This document shows, piece after piece, positions 38,032 to 47,343 of a stretch of DNA of 64,000 bases. Made by a program: the position numbers and the translations under genes. The stretch covers positions 176,364 to 240,363 of the IMG/VR virus record IMGVR_UViG_3300046003_007892; one strand, 5' to 3'. Within the stretch, counting starts at the first letter, position 1, and each line of letters begins with the position of its first letter. The notes below the pieces were generated by a model. That model searched no databases, had not been told where the DNA came from, and worked only from the letters and a program-made list of their open reading frames with translations.

Positions 38032-41000
38032 TTAAATAATGGAGCCGAGGTTGATATCAGCCTCGATAATCCCGCCCTCCATGGTGCCCATGTCGAGACT
38101 TGCTCCGTATTTATCCGTGATAGAACCGAAGTCGATTTTGTCTTGACGATGCCAACCATCGTTGAGGCTGTAGAATTTCAGGACAACTTTTCCGTTCGCC
38201 GCGTCATCCACGAATTCGGGGAAGATTTCGTCAGTGGCCTGGACGTCGATGGAGGGTCGCTCACCAATCAGGACTCCGTTGAGGAGGAACTGGGTGTTGC
38301 CAAGGATTTCGTCGCTCTGCGCAGAGATCGTGACGTTGCCGCCAGGGCCGCCGTCGTTGATCGTGATGCCGACGCCAGCCGTGAGCTTGCGGGCGTTGGG
38401 AACGTTCGCAGAGCCGTTGTCAATGAGGAGGAATTTCTCGTTCGCGGGCGAGTTGGGGATGTAGACGGTTGCGATTTCTCCATCCACGGATACCGCTGAC
38501 GTAACGCCGCCGCCGACGAAGTTAATCGAGGTAACCGCCGTGCCTGCTGTGGTGCCTTCGTCGCGAACCTCAACTCCTCGGTCAGCGAATGATTCAGTGA
38601 CGATGGTGACCTTGCCGGTGTCCGCGCTGCCATCGAACAGCATGGTGCCGTTGCCGGTAACCGCGCCCGCCAGAGTGATCTGGAGAGGCTTGATCGCCAT
38701 CTTGATGAACTCGTTGGACGAATCGTAGGTGACCTGAATACCACCACGGTCTCCGATCATGAGATCGCGAACCAGGGTCTTGACCTGGGCAGGGGATGAG
38801 CCGCTCGCCACACTGATGGTCGCCACGCCGTTCGCCACGGTAGCCGTGCCGCCGACGACGTTGAGTTCTTTGACCTTCGTGCCTTGCAAGACGCCGCCTT
38901 GCTTAACCGTCATGCCTTCGATGAAGTTCGATGAGGTAGCTATCTGGACACTGTTCAGGCGAACCACGCGCGCCGTGCCGGTGACTGCGCCCGTCAAGGT
39001 GATGTCGAACTCTCGCGCACCGAGTTCCAGTACGTTGTTCTCGTCGTCGTAGTTGACCGTGATGCCCGTCTCGGTAGGCAAATTGGTATTTGGGTCACGA
39101 GACGTGCCACGGATGAAACCACCAACCTCATCACGAACGTCGGTGTTGGTGAGCAAGATGGGCGCGTCAACGGTCAGGATATCACCAGACTGCGTGGCAG
39201 TGATCGCGCCACCCGTGAACACTACCTGCTTAACCGAATGCGCGAGACCGAGTTGGTTCGAACCATCAAACGCGGTCAGGCCTGTGATATAGTTGGACGA
39301 AGTAGTAATCGTGATGTCGTTGAGGCTGGTGACAGTCGCGTTGCCGGTTACCGCCCCAGCAAGGGTGACCTTGAACGCGCGCGGAGCGAGCGAGATCGTG
39401 TTGTTGGATTGGTCGTAGTAGACGAAGATACCGGTCTCGCTTTCCTGAAGGGTCTGCGGGTCACGGATGGTTCCTCTGATCAGGCTGCCGACTTGGTCTT
39501 GAACGTCCTGTTGGCTTAGTGCGGAGACCGACACCGTGGTGGTATTTCCGACCTGGGTCGTAGTGACGTTCGGCCCGGTGAAATTGATGTTGCGAACGGA
39601 TTCGGCCGCACCCGTTGCGGTTCCCGACGAGCGAGTCGTCAAACCTTCGATGAAGTTCGTCGAAGTGTTGATCGTCGTGTTGCCCAGATAGTGGACCGTC
39701 GCGGTTCCGGTAACGTCTCCAGTCAGGGTGATGGTGAAATCGCGCGGCGCCAGCGACAGGGTGTTGTTGGATTGGTCGTAGAAGACCAGGATGCCGGTTT
39801 CGCTTTCCTGAAGGGTCTGCGGGTCACGGATGCTGCCGCGAACGAACGTGCCAACTTCATCTCGAATGTCAGAAGCCGCTAGAGGAGTTGGGATATTGAC
39901 TCGTAGGGTGGAGCCGGACTGGATAGCATCCACGCCGCCCCCCACGAAGTTGATCGCTTGAATGGTCTGAGTTCCACCCGTCAGAAGGTCTTCGTTGTAG
40001 CCGGTCAGACCAGTGATGTAGTTAGATGACGTAGCTATGGAGACGTTGTTGAGGCGCGAAACAGTTCCGGTGCCGGTGACAGCACCCGTGAGTGTGATTG
40101 AGAACGTCCGGGGCGCAACAGAAATCGTGTTGTTTGCCGCATCGTAGAAGACAGCGATGCCGGATTCGGTTTCGGCCAGTGTCTGGGGGTCACGGATGGT
40201 GCCCCTGATCAGGTTGCCGACTTGGTTCTGGATATCCAGCGTGCTCAGAGAGTTGATCGAGATGCTGGCGGTATTGCCGACCTGAACGGCGGTTACGCCG
40301 GTTCCGATGAAGTTGAGCGTGCTGATCTGGTTCGCCGCACCAGTTGGAGTACCCTCGTTCTGGACGTTGAGACCCAGGAGATAGTCGGCCTCGGTCGTGA
40401 TAGTTGTGTTGCCCAGATAATGGACGACCGCATTGCCTCGAACGGCACCGGCCAACGTGATTTTGAAATCACGTGGAGCAATGGACAGCGTGTTGTTTGA
40501 CGCATCATAGTAGGTGAGGATGCCGGTTTCGGTATCGATGAGAGTTTGGGGGTCGCGGATGCTGCCCCGGATGAAACCACCGACCTCGTCGCGAACATCG
40601 CCCAGTGTCAAAGCTTGCGGAATAGTGACGTTGAGGCGAGAACCAACTTGCGTGGTCGAGACGCCGTTACCGATGAAGTTGATCTCTTGAACGGTCTGCG
40701 GTGTTCCGACGAGGGGATTTCCTTCATCGAAAGCAGTCAGGCCTTTGAGGAAATCAGCCGAGGTCACCATCGTGACGCTGTTGAGGCGCGTGATCGTGGC
40801 CGTGCCGGTTACGGCTCCGCTGAGAGTGATTGAGAAGGTGCGCGGCGACAGTGACAGGGTATTGTTGACCGCATCATAGTAGACCGAGATGCCAGATTCG
40901 GTTTCTTGTTCGGTGTTGGGGTCGCGGACGGTTCCTCGAATGAAGGAGCCGACTTCGTCGCGAACATCGCCCAAGCTCAGCCCGGTAACCGTCACGGTCG

Positions 41001-42144
41001 CGGTGTCTCCGGTCTGTGTTGCCGTTACCCCGTTGCCACGGAAGTCCAAGACTTTCGCGGTATTTGGCGTGCCAACCGGCGTGCCTTCGTCGCGTATAGA
41101 CAAACCCTTGAGGAAGTTTGCGGTCGTCGTGATGGTCGTGTTGCCCAAGTAGTGGACCAGACCAGAGCCGGTGACGTCCCCAGCCAGCGTGATGGTGAAG
41201 TCGCGCGGGACAAGCGAAAGAGTGGCGTTGTTCTGGTCGTAGTAGACCTGAATACCGGTCTCGGATTCTTCGAGCGTATCAGGGTCGCGAATGCTGCCCT
41301 GGACCACGGCGCCGATCTCGTCGCGGACGTCCTGGATACTGACGCCGAGATCGGGGTTGAGGACAGTTTCGATCTCAATGTCCTGGAGGTTGCTGACCAT
41401 CATAGAGCCAGTGACTGCACCATGAAGGTTGACATTAAAGGTGCGGGGTACGAACGCCGCGTGGATGTCTCCGGGACCATAGATGACCGAAATACCGTTA
41501 GCGTGCGGGCCACCCAGAAGGGCCGTCGCATAGGTGCGAAGACCAAAAAGGTTGACCGCGTCCGTATCGTCAGTCGGTGCCTGATCGACCGTCAGCGTCC
41601 CCGTCACCCGCAGGGTAGCGAATGTGCCATCTCCGGTTTGACCGGCCGAGTTGACGAGCTTCCAACCACCAACGGTGTAAACTTCGACCCCACCCAGCGT
41701 GGTGTTGAAACGCAGCATGCCTTCTTCGCCGGACAAGGGCCGGGTCTCGGACGCGCCGGTTGGGAGCTTCAAGTAAGCCGTGGACGGAATTTCTACCCCG
41801 CCCTCGGAATCAGTGGTGACGACCGTTCGCCACCCAGTTCCATCGTGGAACTGCGGAACACCCGCGTAGCGGAGCATGCCCGCCGAAGGAGTTACTGATG
41901 GGCTGCCACTCGGAACGATGAAGGCGTTGTTGAGGAAAGACAGAGTGGTGAAGACTTGGCCTTCTGCGCTCAAGCTATGGTTGACCGCAAGAACGCTCGA
42001 AGTCGTGTTGGTGGCTGTCTGAAGATTTTCGATGGCGCGTTTGATCACCGTGAAGTTATCACGGAAACCTTGCGATGGCTGATCTACGCCTCTTACAGGG
42101 AAGTTCTCATTGTAAGTGGCGCCCACGCCTGTATCAATCGCCAT
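38032..42144 (-). CDS. Long repeat-rich virion structural/fibre protein
   Basis: N-term FPVRGVDQPSQGFRDNF..IK; about 8 repeats of DVRDEVG..IRG..RDP.T..E.ETGI.VYYD..NNTLS..PR.F.ITL.G.VTG. Confidence 0.8.
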   Translation of the reverse strand: MAIDTGVGATYNENFPVRGVDQPSQGFRDNFTVIKRAIENLQTATNTTSSVLAVNHSLSAEGQVFTTLSFLNNAFIVPSGSPSVTPSAGMLRYAGVPQFHDGTGWRTVVTTDSEGGVEIPSTAYLKLPTGASETRPLSGEEGMLRFNTTLGGVEVYTVGGWKLVNSAGQTGDGTFATLRVTGTLTVDQAPTDDTDAVNLFGLRTYATALLGGPHANGISVIYGPGDIHAAFVPRTFNVNLHGAVTGSMMVSNLQDIEIETVLNPDLGVSIQDVRDEIGAVVQGSIRDPDTLEESETGIQVYYDQNNATLSLVPRDFTITLAGDVTGSGLVHYLGNTTITTTANFLKGLSIRDEGTPVGTPNTAKVLDFRGNGVTATQTGDTATVTVTGLSLGDVRDEVGSFIRGTVRDPNTEQETESGISVYYDAVNNTLSLSPRTFSITLSGAVTGTATITRLNSVTMVTSADFLKGLTAFDEGNPLVGTPQTVQEINFIGNGVSTTQVGSRLNVTIPQALTLGDVRDEVGGFIRGSIRDPQTLIDTETGILTYYDASNNTLSIAPRDFKITLAGAVRGNAVVHYLGNTTITTEADYLLGLNVQNEGTPTGAANQISTLNFIGTGVTAVQVGNTASISINSLSTLDIQNQVGNLIRGTIRDPQTLAETESGIAVFYDAANNTISVAPRTFSITLTGAVTGTGTVSRLNNVSIATSSNYITGLTGYNEDLLTGGTQTIQAINFVGGGVDAIQSGSTLRVNIPTPLAASDIRDEVGTFVRGSIRDPQTLQESETGILVFYDQSNNTLSLAPRDFTITLTGDVTGTATVHYLGNTTINTSTNFIEGLTTRSSGTATGAAESVRNINFTGPNVTTTQVGNTTTVSVSALSQQDVQDQVGSLIRGTIRDPQTLQESETGIFVYYDQSNNTISLAPRAFKVTLAGAVTGNATVTSLNDITITTSSNYITGLTAFDGSNQLGLAHSVKQVVFTGGAITATQSGDILTVDAPILLTNTDVRDEVGGFIRGTSRDPNTNLPTETGITVNYDDENNVLELGAREFDITLTGAVTGTARVVRLNSVQIATSSNFIEGMTVKQGGVLQGTKVKELNVVGGTATVANGVATISVASGSSPAQVKTLVRDLMIGDRGGIQVTYDSSNEFIKMAIKPLQITLAGAVTGNGTMLFDGSADTGKVTIVTESFADRGVEVRDEGTTAGTAVTSINFVGGGVTSAVSVDGEIATVYIPNSPANEKFLLIDNGSANVPNARKLTAGVGITINDGGPGGNVTISAQSDEILGNTQFLLNGVLIGERPSIDVQATDEIFPEFVDDAANGKVVLKFYSLNDGWHRQDKIDFGSITDKYGASLDMGTMEGGIIEADINLGSII

Positions 42145-42174
42145 TTTTCCCCAACCCAATCAAGTAGTGTGGGG

Positions 42175-42180
42175 TATTTA
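42175..42180 (-). promoter_or_regulatory. Putative late promoter TAAATA for fibre operon
   Basis: 30 nt upstream of ATG 42144. Confidence 0.55.
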
Positions 42181-42283
42181 GCGGGATTTGCCTTGTGGCT
42201 AGGTCGGCCTAAATCTCCATTTTGGTGTTGCGAAAAACTCGACCGTAGTCTATTCTGCAACCACACGTTTGAAAGGGACCGCG

Positions 42284-42532
42284 ATGCCGAAGGAAGTATG
42301 GTTTGCGCTAGGCGCACTGCTGCTGCTCTGCCTCGCCGCTACAAGCGTGCGCGAACGCGGCCTCTGGGAGGGTCGCATGATGGAGCGGGAGGTTGACCTC
42401 CAGGTTCTCGTCAAGGGCTTCGAAGACTGCCGCACGGCCAAGCCCGGCTATGTGCCGGGTGATTGCTCGGGTTGGCAGGACGCCTACTTCGCCCTCCGCA
42501 AGGACCAGCAACTCCGTGACTTCCGCCGATGA
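42284..42532 (+). CDS. Small membrane protein
   Basis: AAAGGGA RBS; N-terminal hydrophobic helix. Confidence 0.55.
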   Translation: MPKEVWFALGALLLLCLAATSVRERGLWEGRMMEREVDLQVLVKGFEDCRTAKPGYVPGDCSGWQDAYFALRKDQQLRDFRR

Positions 42533-43011
42533 TTAAACTCATCGCCTATTGGCAGATGATCGGTGGTCTGTGGTGGCTGTCTGCGCCGATGTTTGGCGCA
42601 GCATCCCTGATCGCGCATGACAAAGGGTTCGATGTGGCCCCGGCGTTGGCTGTCGCATCCATCATGTCGTTCATCTCCCTATTTGTGAGCTACATCACCC
42701 ACAGCGAGGCCCGAGACGAGTTCGAGGATGAGAAGCGTTTCTATAAGCGCGCCATTGAAGAAAAAATCGAAAAGGTCAAGCGGGCGCATGAGCACATGAT
42801 TCGCCAGCAACAGGACATCATCAACGCTGATGAAAAGAAGAAGAAGAAAAACAAGAACAAGAACTTGATCGCCGAAGCGGCGAAAGGCGAAATGATCTAC
42901 GACCCCGATACTGGGGAGGAACTCGGCCGTCTCGACATCGCCGCTCTCGAACGGGATTTCTTCGCGGAGCCGGGCTCCCATTTCTATGGACCGTGGCGTC
43001 TGGACAAGTAA
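42529..43011 (+). CDS. Membrane protein with two TM helices and coiled coil
   Basis: ATGA overlap; hydrophobic N-half. Confidence 0.6.
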   Translation: MIKLIAYWQMIGGLWWLSAPMFGAASLIAHDKGFDVAPALAVASIMSFISLFVSYITHSEARDEFEDEKRFYKRAIEEKIEKVKRAHEHMIRQQQDIINADEKKKKKNKNKNLIAEAAKGEMIYDPDTGEELGRLDIAALERDFFAEPGSHFYGPWRLDK

Positions 43012-43014
43012 ATA
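43009..43014 (+). promoter_or_regulatory. Putative late promoter TAAATA
   Basis: 4 nt before ATG 43019. Confidence 0.6.
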
Positions 43015-43018
43015 CGTG

Positions 43019-43678
43019 ATGGAATACGCACACGTTCTCGAACTCGACCCCCAGACCCAGAAGGTAGCACTCGACCAGTTCGCCAAGCTGGCCGATGCCC
43101 AGCGCGGCGTTCCCGAAAACATGGGCGGAGGTGGGCCGTCTTCGATCAACCCCGCCAAGACGCATGCCTCCGGCCTTTGGCATCACGCTACTGAGCATAT
43201 CGGCGATCTCACCCACCGTATGGCCCAGCGCAACTGTGAACGGTGGGCCTTCGGCTATGAGTGGGTGGACCAGAAGGTGGTGGTTCAACTCCGGTCTCTG
43301 CGCTCCCGCTACGGCTACGAGAAAGAGGTCATGGAGAACCTCCGCAACAATCACCGATACTACAAGTCCCCCATGCCCTTCGAGCAGTGGGTCAAAGAAT
43401 GGGAAGAGGCTGGGGATAATTTCGCGCGCGCCCACAGGGCCCTCACGGTCTGGAACATCGCGCAGTACCATGCCCGCGAGGCCGCCATCGCCATCGGTGA
43501 GCGCAAATACGAGAAGACCATCAAGCACCTGTCGGAGCTTGAACAGCGTCTCGACACCGAGGAGAACTGGATTCGATACGCGGGTGGGTGCTGTCTGACC
43601 CCGGACGGTCTCGTCACCATGTACTCTCGCGGCATCCAGGAGTCCGCCTACGTGGACCGTCTGCTCAAGTCTCTCTAG
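43019..43678 (+). CDS. Putative virion-internal helical protein (EHxGDLxHR domain)
   Basis: Leader MEYAHVLE; homologous to middle domain of the 60026 protein. Confidence 0.7.
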   Translation: MEYAHVLELDPQTQKVALDQFAKLADAQRGVPENMGGGGPSSINPAKTHASGLWHHATEHIGDLTHRMAQRNCERWAFGYEWVDQKVVVQLRSLRSRYGYEKEVMENLRNNHRYYKSPMPFEQWVKEWEEAGDNFARAHRALTVWNIAQYHAREAAIAIGERKYEKTIKHLSELEQRLDTEENWIRYAGGCCLTPDGLVTMYSRGIQESAYVDRLLKSL

Positions 43679-43679
43679 A

Positions 43680-44063
43680 TCAAGTCGCCTTGGCCAGCCC
43701 GCCGCGCTCGTCGAGTAAATCGACGGCCAGAAAGTTGGTCGAGTTCGTCATATAGAAAGCCAGGGCGTCGTGGTGGTTCTCGAACGTCAGACAGGCGGCG
43801 ACGACGCTCGGCCAGTGAAGGCTTTCGTCGTATGCGGGGTTCATGATCGTTCTTCCGTCCGGGTTGCGACTGTAACGGTCGAAGCGGTTGTCCTTGATCT
43901 GACGGTAGACCCTTCCCGCCATTCCGTCCCATTCCGGGATGCCGGTGTATCGAGGGTTGAACCAGACCACGACCGCGCTCAGGTGACGGGCCTGCTGGGC
44001 TCGTCCCTTGGTGAGGCGGCCGAGTTGGGACCGAGTCACGCTCGCATCGCAGTAGTCGATCAT
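43680..44063 (-). CDS. Hypothetical protein (F-x4-D-A..F family)
   Basis: ATGA overlap, start MIDYCD; LTFENHHDALAFYM. Confidence 0.55.
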   Translation of the reverse strand: MIDYCDASVTRSQLGRLTKGRAQQARHLSAVVVWFNPRYTGIPEWDGMAGRVYRQIKDNRFDRYSRNPDGRTIMNPAYDESLHWPSVVAACLTFENHHDALAFYMTNSTNFLAVDLLDERGGLAKAT

Positions 44064-44512
44064 TCCCATCCCTCTGTGTGGTAAAAGAGATAGCTGAAGC
44101 CAATATAGTAGGCCAGCGCGGCGTTCCGGTCTGCGAAAGTCAGTCGCCAGGACCCAGTGATCTGCGGTCTCGCGGACGGTGGTGGATTGAATCCGTACTC
44201 GGCATAGAGTTCGGGATGGTTGACCTGACGATAGAAGGTCGCCCCCACGAGACCGGAGTGGTCCAAATAGGGAGTGCGGTTCAGCCCGCCATCCGGTGCC
44301 CGTACCCGGAAGTCCATCCATACGTCCCGTTGGAGCGGGGCTCGGCATTCATGAAACCGGGTGTAGATTTCGTAGAGATTGGTGTGCGGGGGCCGCTTGG
44401 CGATTTCACAACGGGACGGAAGGGGATACCCACCGAACCGGGTCTCGTCTGAGTTTTTGACCACACAATCCATCACACGTCTATACTGGACAGGTGGCGA
44501 TCTGGCAAGCAA
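44060..44512 (-). CDS. Hypothetical protein (same family)
   Basis: LTFADRNAALAYYIGF. Confidence 0.55.
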   Translation of the reverse strand: MLARSPPVQYRRVMDCVVKNSDETRFGGYPLPSRCEIAKRPPHTNLYEIYTRFHECRAPLQRDVWMDFRVRAPDGGLNRTPYLDHSGLVGATFYRQVNHPELYAEYGFNPPPSARPQITGSWRLTFADRNAALAYYIGFSYLFYHTEGWE

Positions 44513-44803
44513 TCAAGTACAGGAGCCCAACGCCCAATGGCACCTAGCTAGTTGTCGCTCGAAGTATGGAATGAATACTTCCTCATTTTCGCGAGGATTT
44601 TCCAGACGGTCGGAGTAGAACTCAATACACCACTCCACATATCCACGTTGACCGTTGTAGATTTCGCAGGCAGTGAAAGCTTCTCCGTGTTCGAGGTTCT
44701 CCTCTACGAGAACGCAATCTTCCCGTAGAGGAGACGTCATGGCCGCTTTGAAGTGGCGACCACTTGATTGACGATGAATTCTCATCCACCTCAGGTCTTC
44801 CAC
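44513..44803 (-). CDS. Hypothetical protein
   Basis: Operonic packing. Confidence 0.5.
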   Translation of the reverse strand: MEDLRWMRIHRQSSGRHFKAAMTSPLREDCVLVEENLEHGEAFTACEIYNGQRGYVEWCIEFYSDRLENPRENEEVFIPYFERQLARCHWALGSCT

Positions 44804-44806
44804 TGC

Positions 44807-45214
44807 TTAGAAGGCCTTGCCGTTTTCGCCCAGCCGGTTCTCGACCTTGTGGTCGGGGCGAACCTTGTTGAACTCCAGCTTCTCCAGGACGGCGCCGGAA
44901 AGGTCCAGCTTGTGGGCCCCAGCGATGTCGAAGATGCGGATGAAGACGTCGGCGAGTTCGACCTCAAACATGCTCCGGTGCGGGAGCTTGTCATCCGGGA
45001 GGTTTTTGCGGACGCCTTCCATGGCCTCGGAGACCTCACTCACGACGAGCATGAGGAGTTCTGGGACGTTGCGGCGCGGGCGGCCATGTTCGTCATTGCC
45101 GAGCAGGGTCTGGCCGGTCTTGATATCAGTCCACCATCCGGCTTCGACGTTGCGGTTGTGAATGATGGAAGAGAGTTCGTTCAGTGCAGGCGTGAGAGTA
45201 TTGAGTTCAGTCAT
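44807..45214 (-). CDS. MazG-like / dimeric NTP pyrophosphohydrolase
   Basis: LMLVVSEVSEAMEG.RK...EVELADVFIRIFD, EKLEFN..R.DH. Confidence 0.8.
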   Translation of the reverse strand: MTELNTLTPALNELSSIIHNRNVEAGWWTDIKTGQTLLGNDEHGRPRRNVPELLMLVVSEVSEAMEGVRKNLPDDKLPHRSMFEVELADVFIRIFDIAGAHKLDLSGAVLEKLEFNKVRPDHKVENRLGENGKAF

Positions 45215-45273
45215 AATATCCGTAGCTAAAAGGGTATGATGTAAAATAGATCACCCACTACGAATAGTCAAAA

Positions 45274-46002
45274 TCAGTCTTCGGGTTCTTCCCACCAATA
45301 GTATTTGACAGTCACAGAATCATTGAACCACGTCTGGCACTGAAGCTCGTTCAATGGGCCATCTTCGTGAACGCGGTCGAGGATGAAGTGACGGTGGATG
45401 CGGTCGCTGTCGTCGAGCGGAAGGAAAAGCCGATGGGGCTTGACGTCTATTTCGGTCTTGTCCCTGCTGGCCATATGGGCGTCGTCGAGCAGCGACCGCA
45501 CCTTGCCGATCACCATCTGGACGTTGTCGTCCCGATATTCTTCTCGGTATTGCTTGATCGCCAGCGTGAGGGCTCCGGCTGCGGTCTGGCGCATCATCAG
45601 GCCAATGACGAACAGCCAGAACTCCTGGCGGGGTGCCGAAAGGATTACGGCCGAGGAGACCCCTTGCGCGGTCTGGCCGATCTGGATGCCTCCTTGCGGC
45701 AACAGGACGTCGAGAGGACTTAGGGCCTGCACGTCCATGTCGAGCGAGCAGCCACCATACAGATAGAGGAAGAGATAGCGGGTTGCGAGGAGGCGTTCGT
45801 CATCGGTTTCGAGACCGTCGAAGGTCTCGACGAACCATGGAAATTCCGCCGCGACGAACGCGCGATTGTTGTGTGGCGCCCATAGACGGTAGGTGTATTT
45901 GGGGTGCAGGGCCTGCACGGTCTGGGACCAATAAGCGAGGCTTGCGGGTAGCTCGGTTTTGGTCTTCCAGGTCTGAAAGATGATTGAAGGAATGTTGCTC
46001 AC
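45274..46002 (-). CDS. Glycosyltransferase, GT32/OCH1-like DxD family
   Basis: IPSIIFQTWKT, HP.Y.YRLW, RYLFLYLYGG.SLDMD. Confidence 0.75.
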   Translation of the reverse strand: MSNIPSIIFQTWKTKTELPASLAYWSQTVQALHPKYTYRLWAPHNNRAFVAAEFPWFVETFDGLETDDERLLATRYLFLYLYGGCSLDMDVQALSPLDVLLPQGGIQIGQTAQGVSSAVILSAPRQEFWLFVIGLMMRQTAAGALTLAIKQYREEYRDDNVQMVIGKVRSLLDDAHMASRDKTEIDVKPHRLFLPLDDSDRIHRHFILDRVHEDGPLNELQCQTWFNDSVTVKYYWWEEPED

Positions 46003-46045
46003 TCCATCATACTATCTTAGACCGCAGCACGAATCCAAATAAATG

Positions 46046-46363
46046 CTACGCTTCGTCGTTGCCCTCAGAGAGCTTGAGCATCATGCAGAACCGTTCCCAG
46101 TCGGACTGCAAGGCGTGGTCGCGTTTGATCGCATCCATGAGGGTGTCGAAATCTTTCCCCATCTTGATGTATTTGCCCACCAGAGCCACGGCACCCGGAC
46201 CTCCATCGCTCGGCAGTTGAAGGCCTTTCGCCCGCAGAGCAATAATTGCGGCGCGGCCGATGTCAGCCAGCCCATCTAGGGCTTCGGCGCGGGCCCGATA
46301 GCCCTGTGCCTGAATGAGTTGAGCTTTGAGATCGGCGATGATTTGGTCGGCGGTATCAGCCAT
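46046..46363 (-). CDS. Coiled-coil protein with W..F...KL motif
   Basis: KRDHALQSDWERFCMMLKL. Confidence 0.65.
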   Translation of the reverse strand: MADTADQIIADLKAQLIQAQGYRARAEALDGLADIGRAAIIALRAKGLQLPSDGGPGAVALVGKYIKMGKDFDTLMDAIKRDHALQSDWERFCMMLKLSEGNDEA

Positions 46364-46868
46364 TTGGTCCTTGGTTGGCTAGCATTCCGGCGAGGCTCTT
46401 CTCTGCATCCTGCTGTCGCTGGCGCATGAGGTCTTCGTGGGAATGGTAGCTCTGTTGGTTTTGAAGTTTCAGAGCCCGGCAGACGGGCTTGTAGCGGGTG
46501 ATCATGTCCATTTTGACGCCCGTATCGGTATTGAACAGGACGTCCATCCCCTGCCCGTGCAGGACCGTCTCGTCGCTTTTCTCCCAGTAGTCGAACGAAG
46601 AGAAATCAGAGCCGGTGTCGGCAATCAGGCATTTCGCGGCAGTCTCGGCGAACGCCGGACCAACCTCACCCATCTCAATCAAGTCGTCGAGGACGAAATC
46701 ATGCTGCTGGCTCGCATTGCCGGACCAGACGATGAGCTTCGACGGTCCAGCCCAGCCGCGAAGGTCGTGCTTCTTGACCAACTCGGTGAGTTCCCAATGC
46801 GAGGGGTTGACCCACAGCTTGGCGTCGGGGAGTTGGATGACCTGAACTTCGCGGATGATTTCTTTCAT
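46356..46868 (-). CDS. Putative virion-internal protein, NP..LR..VW module
   Basis: Leader MKEIIRE; WVNPSHWEL...DLRGW...LIVWSG. Confidence 0.65.
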   Translation of the reverse strand: MKEIIREVQVIQLPDAKLWVNPSHWELTELVKKHDLRGWAGPSKLIVWSGNASQQHDFVLDDLIEMGEVGPAFAETAAKCLIADTGSDFSSFDYWEKSDETVLHGQGMDVLFNTDTGVKMDMITRYKPVCRALKLQNQQSYHSHEDLMRQRQQDAEKSLAGMLANQGPNG

Positions 46869-46872
46869 GGAA

Positions 46873-47343
46873 TTATTTAGCCACCGTGGTGATGATGGTC
46901 TCGGCCAGGGCTTCGATGCTGGACACCAGCGGGATGTCGAAACGGCGGCAAATGATCTGCACGTTCCCCCGACGATAGAAGCCCCTCGGGCAACAGACCA
47001 CGACCTTGCCCGAACGGGCGGTCAAACCCAGTTCAGCCATGGTGACCGGGGCCTGACTGCCGGGAGCGAAATAGAAGACGATGTAGGTCGCCGCATCCAA
47101 GGCGTCGAGTTCCCACTCGACCTGAGCCCGGAACACCGAGTCCGAGATGTCGTTGTCGAGGTCCGCGTTCCAGTTGTCGCGGCGCGGATTCAGGACCGTG
47201 ATGTCGTGCCCGGCGAACCGGCCCGTGATGTCGGCTTGCCAGTCCACGGCCCGCCCGTTGTCGATGCTGCCCGCGAGGAACACGCTCGCCTGTCCCTCGG
47301 GAAGGACGAGGGCGTGGGGTGGTTTGATGACGGTGAAGGGCAT
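46873..47343 (-). CDS. Nucleoside 2-deoxyribosyltransferase-like protein
   Basis: VFLAGSI, DWQ, VLNPRR..W, QVEWE..AL..A, AP.T..ELG. Confidence 0.8.
   Translation of the reverse strand: MPFTVIKPPHALVLPEGQASVFLAGSIDNGRAVDWQADITGRFAGHDITVLNPRRDNWNADLDNDISDSVFRAQVEWELDALDAATYIVFYFAPGSQAPVTMAELGLTARSGKVVVCCPRGFYRRGNVQIICRRFDIPLVSSIEALAETIITTVAK
46874..46879 (-). promoter_or_regulatory. Putative late promoter TAAATA
   Basis: 5 nt before ATG 46868. Confidence 0.55.

Noticed and set aside
33845-42144. Periodic near-identical DNA blocks that could suggest a CRISPR array or DGR template/variable repeats
   Set aside because: The period is ~350 nt, in frame, inside protein-coding fibre genes. There are no short direct repeats with unique spacers, no cas or reverse transcriptase genes in the window, and no adenine-only mismatch pattern was noticed.
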